A stretch of 64,000 bases of DNA from Octopus vulgaris (taxonomy: Eukaryota), in the NCBI GenBank assembly GCA_951406725.2, contig OX597815.1, positions 58,590,001 through 58,654,000 on the forward strand. Direction: 5' to 3'. The notes beneath the pieces are model-generated. The model did not search any database. It was given only the letters and a program-made list of their open reading frames with translations, and had not been told where the DNA came from. Positions 15,480 to 26,179 of this stretch are shown here, piece by piece. The stretch's first letter is position 1. Every line of letters starts with the position of its first letter. The translations under genes were made by a program, and so were the position numbers.

Positions 15480-16790
15480 GGGAGCTTTATGAAAATAGAC
15501 AAAAGACGAAGGCAGGTTTACGGAAATAAACAAAAGACGAAGGCAGGTGGAATACAAACAAACAATTGTATTAGTATGGCACTCAGGAAATATAAATGAA
15601 ACAAGTCTTTAACGTTTCAAGCCTACGCTCTTCAACAGAAAGATACACAGAGAAAAAAACACAAAAAGAAGGAGAGAAAAAAATATGCGTGCAGAAGCTA
15701 GCGAATCAACATGGCGATCTGATTTCGGCCAGAAGTCAAAGATCAAACATGAGACGCAAGAGCGAAATTAGGGGAGATAATAGGGTTGAAGAACCTCGCT
15801 CAAACATAAGAGTGTGTGTGTGTGTGTGTGTGTGTATGAGAAGAGTGTGTGTGTGTGTGTATGAGAGAGTATTAGTGCGTATGAGAGGTCTAGACGTGTG
15901 TATGTATATATGATGTGATGTGTAAAGTCGTATGGTGTAGTGTAGTGAGAGGAGAAGAGGGGAGGGGGAGAAAGAAAGGGGAGAAGGAAAGGGGGAGAAG
16001 AGGAGGGGGAGGGGGAAGGAAGGAGAGGAGAAGAGGAGGGAGAGGGGGGAGAGAAGGGGAGTGAGGGAGCAGAGGGAAGGGGAAGAGGGAAGGAGGGAGG
16101 GAGAAAGCGGGAAGAAGGGAAGAGGAGTAGGGGTGAAAGGACTGAAGAGAAGTAGGGGTCGGGGGGGAGGTTAGATGAGGAGGGGGAGAGGGGGTTAGAT
16201 GAGGAGGGGGGAGAGTTGAGACCAAATGGCGTATAAGAGCGAAGAGAGAAGATTAATTCCTGTTCACGGTGCAAACGGGAATCCGGATGGCCTCTGTGTA
16301 AGGACAAACCGAACACAGACAGGTGTTGCAAGGAGTGACCGGTGGAGCGGAAATGGCGTGAGACCGGTGTGTCGTTCGCAAGGTGGATGTCACGAAGGTG
16401 TTCCGCGAACCGGTCAGCCAAGCGGCGTCCCGTTTGTCTGATGTACAGGGAATGGCAGAGAGAGCAAGAGACGCAATAGATAATATTGCTGGAGGTGCAG
16501 GTGAAGGAGTTGATGATGCGAAAGGGTCGATGATGGGTGCCAGTGAGGAGGGTGGTGTTGGAGAGGTAAGGGCAAGTGCGGCAACGTGGGCGGGAGCAGG
16601 GGAACGAGCCAGGTTGGGAGGTAGGGTCAGGGAAGGTTGTGGGCTCGTTTGAAAGAGGGGAGGGGTCGGTTAGGGAAGAGGTGTGAAGTGGACGGGTCGG
16701 ACTGGAGATGACGGAAAGCTCGAAGAATGGTGCGTTGGAGAGGTAGGGTCGTGGGGTGGTAAGTGAGGGGAAAGGGAGGCAGGAGACTGA
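15480..16790 (-). mobile_element. Penelope-like element (Neptune-like) 3' part: Zn-finger linker + GIY-YIG + pLTR
   Basis: CSRPRCRTCP, FTCTSSNIIYCVSCSLC..LYIRQTGRRLADRFAEH, VSRHF, RLHREQELI and PFGLN. The pLTR has a degenerate hammerhead-like motif at 15606-15643. Confidence 0.85.
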
Positions 16791-16799
16791 AGTGTTCGA

Positions 16800-18620
16800 A
16801 GAAGGCGTATGGCCCTGACCAGGAAAATTCACCAGCTGTTTCACCTCATCTGGATGCATGAGACAGTGCCTCAAGACTTCAAGGACGCCTCCATCATCCA
16901 CCCCTACAAGCGTAAGGGAAACCACCAGGTCTGCGACAAACATCGCGGAATTTCATTGCTGTCCATCACAGGTAAGATCCTGGCTAAAGTTTTGCGGAAC
17001 CACCTCATTGCACACCTAGAGCAAGGACTCCTACCTGAGAGCCAGTGTGGCTTCCAGAAAGAGCATGGGACTATCAACATGGTGTTTGCTGCTAGACAGC
17101 TGCAAGAGAAGTGTCGGGAGCAAAACGTCGACCTCTACTCCACCTACATCGACCTGACTAAGGCCTTTGATACCGTTAGTAGAGAAGGTCTCTGGAGAAT
17201 CTTGGCGAAGTATGGATGCCCCAGAAAATTCATTACCATTGTAAGACGACACGATGGCATGTTGGCAAGGGTACAGGACAACGGAGAGACCTCTGTTCCA
17301 TTCCCTGTCTCCAACGGAGTGAAACAAGGACATGTCCTTGCTCTCACCTTGTTCAGCCTTACATTCTCAGCCATGCTGACAGATGCTTTCAAGGACACAG
17401 AAATAGGCACCAGCAACAAGTACCGGTCCGACGGTTCAGTCTTCAACCTTTGGAGGCTCAAAGCAAAAAGCAAGGTTTCAGTCGACTCCGTCAATGATCT
17501 CCTGTTCGTCGATGACTGCGCTCTCAATGCTGCCACAAAGTCCAACATGCAGCAGAGCGTTGACTTGTTCTCTGGCACCTGCAACAACTCTGGCCTTACT
17601 ATCAATACAAAAAAAAATGAGGTAATGTATCAGCCAGCTTCAACCCGATCAACGAGAAGTGACTGAACGCAGTGGACAAGTTCACCTACCTTGACAGCAC
17701 ACTCTCTAGAAATGTTGTTGTCGATGACGAAACCAACGCCAGACTTGCCAAAGCAAGCACTGCCTTCGGCAGTCTACACAGGACTGTCTGCGACAGGAGG
17801 AGGATCATCATCATGACAAAGATCAAGGTGTACAGGGCTGTTGTTCTCACAACGCTGCTTTACAGCTGCGAGTCCTGGATGGTCTATCAGCGTCATGCCA
17901 GGAAGCTGAACCACTTTCATACAATACGCCTCAGAAAACTTCTCGGCATAAAGTGGCAGGATAGGATCCCGGACACTGAGGTAATAATACGTGCTAACCT
18001 GCCCAGTATCCATACCTATTTTACTACCCACAAGGGGCTAAACACAGAGAGGACAAACAAGGACAGGCAAACGGATTAATTCGATTATATCGACCCCAGT
18101 GCATAACTGGTACTTATTTAATCAACCCTGAAAGGATGAAAGGCAAAGTCGACCTCGGCGGAATTTGAACTCAGAATGTAACGGCAGACGAAATACGGCT
18201 ACACATTTCGCCCGGCGTGCTAACGTTTCTACCAGCTCGCCGCCCAGTATCCATACCATATTGATGCAGTCTCAGCTTCCCTGGGCAGGGTACGTAGCTC
18301 ATATGTAAGACAGTCAATTACTAAAAAGATTACTCTTTGGCGAGCTGCAAAAGGGAAAGCGCTCACAAGGCAGCTAGAAGAAGCGCTTTAAGGACACACT
18401 GAAAGCCATCAACATCAACCACGACACTTGGGAACAGTCTACTCTAGACAGAGAAGGGTAGCAATCAGCTGTCCACAAGGGTACCAACACATGCGAGACC
18501 AATAGAATTGCTGCTACAGAAGACCGCAGACAAGCCAGAAAGAACAGAGCTAACTCTGTAGCAGGTGCTACCATTCCCTTTCCACAATGTCAAAGACTCT
18601 TTCCGGCGCAGATTGGCCTC
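16800..18620 (+). mobile_element. RTE/BovB-type LINE RT fragment
   Basis: HRGISLLSITGKILA, LPESQCGF, DLTKAFDTVSR, GVKQG, DLLFVDDCAL, FTYLDS and VYRAVVLTTLLY. Confidence 0.92.
18017..18241 (-). mobile_element. tRNA-derived SINE (Deu/Nin-like domain) inserted in the RTE, with 16-bp TSD
   Basis: TSD gcccagtatccatacc at 18001-18016 and 18242-18257. The minus strand has B box GAGTTCAAATTCC and gcctttcatcctttcagggttgat..aagtacc. Confidence 0.85.
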
Positions 18621-19305
18621 ACAAAACAACTTTTAGTAATGGTAAATCCAGCTGGTCACTCCAAGGGGGGCATATATGTATAGTTTGTCCGTTGATGTGA
18701 CGAAGACCATCTATTCATCCTGAGGTGGGGGAGGGATAAGGGGAAATGAAAGTGTTACTTCTTGGGTTTGCCAATGATTACAATGCTGATAGGTAAGTGA
18801 ACAGAACAAATTTGCTATCTATAAATCTCTTTCAATGACCAATCACTTATCTGGAAAGACCTTGAAATCTATGCTGCCATCTGGTGATAATAAAAAGACT
18901 CAAAGGAGGTCTGCAACCAAATAATTTTACACAAAATAACACTTTGTAACTGAATCAGTGGAGGCAAAGATGCCTCTCCTTTACCTGACAATTTATGCAC
19001 CACATAGCAGAAATCACAAGCTAAGTATATCTCAAAGCAAACTCTTACACTGTTGTACCATTGAATTACAAATGATGCTCATCATTTATGCTCGGGTGAC
19101 CCTACAGCTTCCAAGAGTACAACTGCATTCGTCTTTGCTTATTCAGTAATTTTGGTCCATGAAATTGTATGAAACATATGGTATTACCCTTCTCCCTAGG
19201 CTTGGATTTTGTGTTCCAAATTTCATTAGGATCAGTGCAGTAGTTTTCAAGTCTATAAGTAACACACGAACACACATAAAGGCATTGACATGTGTGTGTA
19301 TTATA

Positions 19306-19811
19306 TCTATATATATAAAACTCTAGTTGTGTGAGTGTCTGTCCCCTTCGATTTAGATTCCTAACTCCTCCCACATTTTGCGGTGCAGTTTAACCAAATT
19401 CGGGTATCTTATAGTCGTGATTCATATCGAGCCCGTCTGACTATTAGCGCGCGTCAACGATGAGTCTACGATTTTAAAAATAATTTAACATAATTTTTTA
19501 TTCCATTTTAATGCATAAAATGCATCGTGTGTCGATGGCGGCGGAGTTGGCGTCCACGCTCACAGCTGCACCTGTTTGCTTCTCCCCCTTCCCTCCCTCG
19601 TGAAGCTGTGGGGAAGGGAGTGTAAAGAAATCAACGTCGTAATGCGTTGTGAAGGAAACCAGCGTTCTTTTAGAACAACGACTTCATGGCTTGAAGACAC
19701 CAAAACAAAAATGGCTAAGAAAGCCCGAATTTATAAGGGAAGTAACTCTCTAAAAATGCTTATATAGTTATTTACCTTACAAACCCGAGCAACGCCGGGC
19801 GATACTGCTAG
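19306..19811 (+). mobile_element. Non-autonomous Helitron-like element
   Basis: 5' TC, a 3' hairpin CCCG-AGCAACGC-CGGG and terminal CTAG. It sits between A and T with no TSD. Confidence 0.75.
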
Positions 19812-20134
19812 TATATATATAAAGAGAAAGGCAGACTGATAGATACAACAGAGTGGGCAAACGAAAATATGAGACACACCTTTGAAAAATTTTCTGTCAA
19901 ATGAATCAACACCAGTGCTTTTTTTATTATATTTTGATAAGCATGGTATTTATTCTATTGGTCTCTTCTCAAACATATATACACACATACACATAAATAT
20001 ATATATACATACACATATATACACACAAACATACATATACATATATACACACACACATACATATACACACACATACATATATATATACACACACACATAT
20101 ATATACATATATATACATATATATACATATGTGA

Positions 20135-20700
20135 CTTGAGAGAAAAGTTGGACCTAAGAAGCATGACGTGGTGTGCAAGCGAGACAACTGTGCTGGTATG
20201 GTCATGTGGTGCGAATGGATGAGGATAGCTGTGTGAAAAAGTGTCACACCCTAGAGGTTGGGGGAATTTGTTGAAGAGGTGGACCCAGGAAGACCTGGAA
20301 TGAGGTGGTGAAGCATAACCTTCAAACATTAGGCCTCACCGAGGCAATGACACTAAAATCAGCTTGCGAAAACCTATTGAGGCAAGTGAAATCGAAATCA
20401 AATTCGATGATAGCGCCGCATGACTTGCACTCGTACTAGTTGAGAGCTAGGAGCACCAACTGAGTGTGTTCATTGTCAGGGCTGTTGACTGGCCTAAATG
20501 CCAGTGGCACGGAAAAAGAACCATTTGAGCGTAGTCGTTACCAGCGTCACCTTACTGGCACTTGTGCCAGTAGTACGTGAAAAACAACATTCGAGCGAGC
20601 GCGTTACCAGTGCCGCTGGACTGGATCCTGTAGAGATGACAGGTAAAAAGCACCATATGAGAGTGGCTGTTGCCACAACTGCCTGACTGTAGAAACTCTG
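20135..20700 (+). mobile_element. RTE LINE 3' fragment
   Basis: Similar to 37090-37700 (LREKLDL...WYGHV..RGRPRKTW and 3' UTR). Confidence 0.8.
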
Positions 20701-20719
20701 CCAGATAAGGACACAGGTT

Positions 20720-22285
20720 ATGGTTTCACTTGTCTTGCAAGGTCTTCTCACACACAGCATATTTCCAAAGGTTTCAGTCACTAGTCATTGCCTCAGTGAG
20801 ACCTAATGTTCAAAGGTCGTGCTTCACTACCTCATCCCAGGTCTACCTCTTCCACAGGTTCCCTCAACCACTAGGGTGTGGCACTTTTTCACACAGCTAT
20901 CCTCATCCATTCTTGCCACATGACCATACCAATGCAGTCGTCTCTCTTGCACACCACAACTAATGCTTTTTAGGTCCAACTTTTCTCTCAAGGTACTTAC
21001 ACTCTGTCGAGTATGCACACTGACATTACACATCCATCGGTTCATACTGGCTTCATTCCTTGCGAGTTTACGCATGTCCTCAGCAGTTACAGCCCATGAT
21101 TCACTGCCATGTAGCATGGCTGTTCGTACACAAGCGTCATACAACCTACATTTTACTGAGCGAGAGGCCATTTGTCACCAGCAGAGGTAAGAGCTCTCTG
21201 AATAGCCCAAGCTATTCTTATTCTAGCAGCTACACTTTCAATGCACCCTCCTCCACTACTGACTTTGTCACCTAGGTAACGGAAGCTATCAACTACTTCT
21301 AGTTTTTCTCCTTGGAATGTGGCAGAAGTTGGTCTCTGTGCATTTTCAGTGTTTATTGCTCCCGAGCATCTGCCACATACAAAAACTATCTTCCCAGTAA
21401 GCCTTCCTTTGATATTACTGCACCTCTTATGTGTCCATAGCTTACACTGGGTACATCTTATAGAGTTTCTACCTACGCCTCTACAACAGATTGGGCAGGG
21501 CCATCTACCTGAGGGGATTTGTGGTTTGCCTGCCTTCCTACTTATTAGGACTTTGGATTTAGCTAGGTTGATTCTAAGGCCCTTCGATTCTAATCCTCGT
21601 TTCCACACTTGAAACTTCTCCTCTAGTTCTGATAGTGACTCAGCAATTAGAGCAAGGCCATCAGCTCCCAGGTGCATCCTGTCTTGAATTCCTCTATTAT
21701 TGCCTGGAAGACTGAACCTTGGTGGACCCCTACCTCTACCCGGAATTCTTCACTGTACGCAGTGCCAACCCTCACCTTACTTACAGCGTACCTGTACATG
21801 GCTTGCACAGCTCTCACTAACCATTCATCTATCCCTAGTTTCCTCATTGACCACCAGATAAGGGGACCCTGGCAAAGGCTTCCTCTATGTCAACGAAAGC
21901 CGGGTACAGGGGCTTATCTTTGGCTATGTATTTCTCCTGCAGCTGTCTTACCAGAAATATGGCATCAATGGTGCTTTTCCCTGGCACGAAACCAAACTGC
22001 ATCTCATCCAAGCTGACTCTCTCCCTACATTACTTCTCCAAAACCTACATTACCTGATCCAACAGCTTGATACTCCTGTAATTATTTGTATCTAAAGCGT
22101 CACTTTTACCACTGTAGCAGTTGACTATTATGCAGTAATTCCTGATGGGCCGGGGGCTTTCCCTGTCTTCATACTTCTAATTGCTTTATCTACCAAGATA
22201 CTGTCAACTTGGATAGCTGGTCCCTCTGTTGGGGCGATATCTGGCAGGCTCTCTTTCTCACATTCATTTCATTTATTCAGCAATA
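20720..22285 (-). mobile_element. RTE LINE RT fragment with PHD-like insert
   Basis: MRKLGIDEWLVRAV, GVHQGS, CPICCRGVGRNSIRCTQCKLWTHKRC..CGRC, FRYLG and WYGHV. Confidence 0.9.
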
Positions 22286-22329
22286 CATATGTATATACAT
22301 ATATATATGCATATACATACATATATATG

Positions 22330-22505
22330 TCATCATCATCATCATCATTTAACGTCCATTTTCCGCACTAGCACAGGTTAGATGGTTCGACCGGGGTCTG
22401 GGAAGCCAGGGGCTGCACCAGGCTCCAGTCTGATCTGGCAGTGTTTCTACAGCTGGATGCCCTTCCTAACGCCAACCACTCCGCGAGTGTAGTGGGTGCT
22501 TTTTA
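22330..22505 (-). mobile_element. RTE 3'-end fragment
   Basis: (CAT)n followed by the reverse complement of the RTE 3' terminus. Confidence 0.75.
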
Positions 22506-22609
22506 TGTATATACATATATATGTATAACAAAGTGAAGTTGTAGGGTACCGCATGAGTGGAATTATATACGAAAGAAGGTTTGAAAATGCAATTTGAAAA
22601 GATGTTTAT

Positions 22610-22654
22610 TTACTTTACCAGTTTCACTCTTTGGAAAAAGATTGTCAAAAGTAA
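22610..22654 (-). ncRNA. Hammerhead-like motif, U3-A8 core
   Basis: Minus strand reads UUACUU-UUGACAA-UCUUU UUCC AAAGA GU-GAAA-CUGG-UA-AAGUAA. Stem I is a perfect 6 bp; stem II has 2 extra nt. Confidence 0.5.
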
Positions 22655-23478
22655 CATGTAGAAGTTTGGTTGCATTAATTATTGGTTGTTACAAAATGCT
22701 ACATTACATATATAGAGTCTTTGGTAACAAGGACATGTTAAGGACATAAAAAAGTTTAATAAGTTCCTTAAAATATTGGGCACAAAAGATTACAACATAA
22801 ATATAGATTCTCAAGAACATGTTAAAGATTGTTTCCAGAAGGAATTATTAAAAAGTTCAGTGGGATATTGGTATTGTATCTGCATATTCAAACACGCACA
22901 GAATATTGGTTGACACAGAGTACTACAATACATATATATACATTCTTTCGTGACAAGAGCATGTTCAGGACATAAAAAAGTTTAACAAGTTCATTGAAAT
23001 ATTGGGCACAAAAGATTACAACAAATATATACATATATGTATATATATACATATATGTAAATATACTTATATATGCATATGTATATACGTATATATATGT
23101 ATATACATATGTATATATACTTATATATACATATGTATATACGTATATATATGTATATATACATACATACACGTATATATATATGTATATACATACACGT
23201 ATATATATATGTATATACATATATATGTATATACATACATGAACACCACCCTGTACTTAACTCCATGTCCCCCTACATGGCCTTACTATTTGCTTTTGAG
23301 CCAAATTAACTAACTAACTACATATACATATATACAAACATATATATATACATACATATATATACAAACATATACATACATACATATTTATACATACATA
23401 TTTATACATACATATATATACAAATATATATATATACATATATATACAAATATATATATATATATATATATATACATA

Positions 23479-24430
23479 TTGATAAAACGGTAAGATAACA
23501 AAAGAAAGAAAGAGACCTCAAAATAGGAAGGTGGCCTTCAATATAGGTAAATATTTCCTAGCACTGATAGATAGACATTTTCCAGTTAACCATACTTATA
23601 GGAAACTCTTCAATAGACACAATTTAAAAATTAGTTTTAGTTAACTACCAATTTTAGAAACATAATCAAACATAACATACAAAAAACACAAGAAAACAGC
23701 TGTTCATGCAGGAATAAAGAATTGTGCCCGCTAAATGGAGCTTGCATGTCCAAGACCATCATATATGAAGCTACCGTAAACTCTATAACCACTAAAGACA
23801 CCGTTTCGACGAAGAAATACATGGGCCTTACAGAGGGTAATTTCAAGGCCAGGTTCAATAACCACACTTTGAGCTTTAGGCACTGGAACAAAAGAAAAGC
23901 GACACAATTATCTAATCATATTTGGTCTTTAAGAGATAAAGGTGTCGATTATAACATACAATGGAAGATTTTGGCCAGATGTAAGCCCTATACCAACGGC
24001 AGTGGAAGGTGCGGTCTATGCGACATGGAGAGATGGCTTATCTGGAAAAGCAGCTTAGACCCTACTACATGTCTAAATACAAGGACAGAGCTTTTCGGAT
24101 CATGCTCACATGTGACTAAATTTCTGTTACGTTTTTGGTCCCCTAAAGAAAACAGATAGAACATGCTTTCTATGTTATGTCCCAAGAAGAATTTATATAT
24201 TTTTATATATTTTTTATGTATTTTTATATAATTTTTATGACGAAAAATGCGAGCGATATCTAAGTACGCAGGCAAGCAGAGTTATAACACAGTAATTTCC
24301 CTTTATTTAACGGTATTTTTTCATAGCGCTTTCAAATAGCCAGATAACCGAAGAGATGGTGTTGTGGATTTCCACTTCGGCATCAGAAACTCAGAGTTTT
24401 ATCTTGACTACCGAGTAATGTAACATATTA
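23479..24430 (+). mobile_element. Penelope-like element (Naiad-like), 5'-truncated second copy with inverted pLTR tail at its 5' end
   Basis: ORF 23722-24159 (GIY-YIG) is nearly identical to the 5172-6101 C-terminus. Segment 23479-23521 is the pLTR tail in opposite orientation. A hammerhead-like motif lies at 24342-24404. Confidence 0.88.
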
Positions 24431-24621
24431 TTGTATAGATATATATATACATATATATATATACATATACATATATACACACACATATATATATACATAT
24501 ATATACACATATATATATAAATATATATACATATATATACACATATATATATATATATACACATATATATATATATATACACATATATATATATATATAT
24601 ACACATATATATACATATATA

Positions 24622-24890
24622 CATCAAAATATAGGAACAGCCATAATAGCAGCCAAAGCTTAAACCGCGAACAAGTATTAATTCCAAAAACCAGGAGAAA
24701 ATTTTAAAAAAACATTTACCCTGATATACTTTATACGATGCATCGTTTCATCTGTTTTTTAATGGTAAATCAGCCCGATTTTTAAAATTTTCTCCTGGTT
24801 TTTGGAATAAATACTTGTTTGCGGTTTAAGCCTTGGCTGCTATTTCTAGTAGGTTGAACAGCCTATTGTGGCTGTTCCTATATTTTGATG
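24622..24890. repeat. Long imperfect inverted repeat
   Basis: Arms ~24622-24710 and ~24779-24890 (catcaaaatataggaacagcca...ccaggagaaaattttaaaaa and its reverse complement). Confidence 0.8.
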
Positions 24891-25028
24891 TTGAATGTAT
24901 TAATAGTCTCTGACTATCTATTTTTCCTACTAGACCGCTGATGGCAAATAATTTCTGCTGAATTTTTTTGCTACCCTATATTGTATACATATATATATAC
25001 ATATACATATATATATACATATACATAC

Positions 25029-25077
<49 letters not shown>

Positions 25078-25089
25078 TTTTATTTATTT

Positions 25090-25221
25090 TATCTAGTTTC
25101 AGCTCATGAGCTGTGGCCATGCTGGGGCACCGCCATTCGGTGCTGCTACATGATTTTACTTCACGAATGCTTTTTAGCAATTGACATTTGGTGCATGAGA
25201 GAATTTGATGCAGCTGCCCTC
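25090..25221 (-). mobile_element. CR1-group LINE 3' terminus
   Basis: Matches 31415-31545 ([11 protein letters not shown] plus tail). Confidence 0.8.
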
Positions 25222-25255
25222 ATATATATATATATGCACACAAATATACACATTA

Positions 25256-25299
<44 letters not shown>

Positions 25300-25319
25300 G
25301 TAGTAGTAACAGAAAAGAG

Positions 25320-26039
25320 GAATTTTGGCTGTCCCCACATGGTGGATTTCATCACAATTAAAACTAGTTTCACCTGTGCCTCTGAGAACCTAATTTATGT
25401 AATAACCTGCTCGGGTTGCAGTCATCAGTACATTGGACAAACGAGTTTAACTTTGAGGAAGAGAATCACTCTGCATAAGGAGCAAATCTGTTTCCCGCAA
25501 TACAGACAAATTCCTCTTAGTGAACACATAGAAAATGTGCAGGTAACATCAAACCAAATTTTACAGTCTTCCCTTCCTACCAGTGCAAAGACACAATCTC
25601 TCAACTAGAACGCTTAAATAAAGAAACTTTTTTCATTGAAAAATACAAAACGCATCTTAATATGCACGCATAACCAACTTTTATATTTTTACATATTACA
25701 TCACTGTACATAAATCCCCTACTAAACAAGGTCCCCTTTTTTTAAACCTGTCTCCTTTCTGTACACATATTTATTCCCCACCCAAAACCTAAACAGTTTT
25801 CTCCCTTACACACAACAATAACAGTAATAACAACCAATTATCTCCCTTTACTTGTCAACTTGTAAAATCATTCGCTCGTGAATTTCATTACAAACAACAT
25901 GGACCAAATTTTTTCTTATGAAAAAATATATATTCATATAAATTAAACATTATATCATGAATAGCGATTGCGAAACCAGTCGATATATTAAAAATTATAT
26001 TATAACCACGTAAGTGTGCGTATTTTCCTTTTTTAATTT

Positions 26040-26040
<1 letters not shown>
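25320..26040 (+). mobile_element. Penelope-like element 3' fragment (GIY-YIG + pLTR)
   Basis: FTCASENLIYVITCSGCSHQYIGQTSLTLRKRITLH..LSEH, followed by a 3' UTR with a hammerhead-like motif. Confidence 0.8.
25951..25987 (+). ncRNA. Minimal hammerhead-like motif, A3-U8 core variant
   Basis: UAUAUC-AUGAAUA-GC GAUU GC-GAAA-CCAG-UC-GAUAUA. Confidence 0.6.
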
Positions 26041-26119
<79 letters not shown>

Positions 26120-26179
26120 ATATATATATATACACATAAATACATATTATGTATATATATATACATATTAATATAGTTA

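Noticed and set aside
15768-16943. 391-aa ORF as a single novel protein
   Set aside because: It is a chimera of antisense RTE sequence, PLE GIY-YIG and a CT-rich low-complexity tail.
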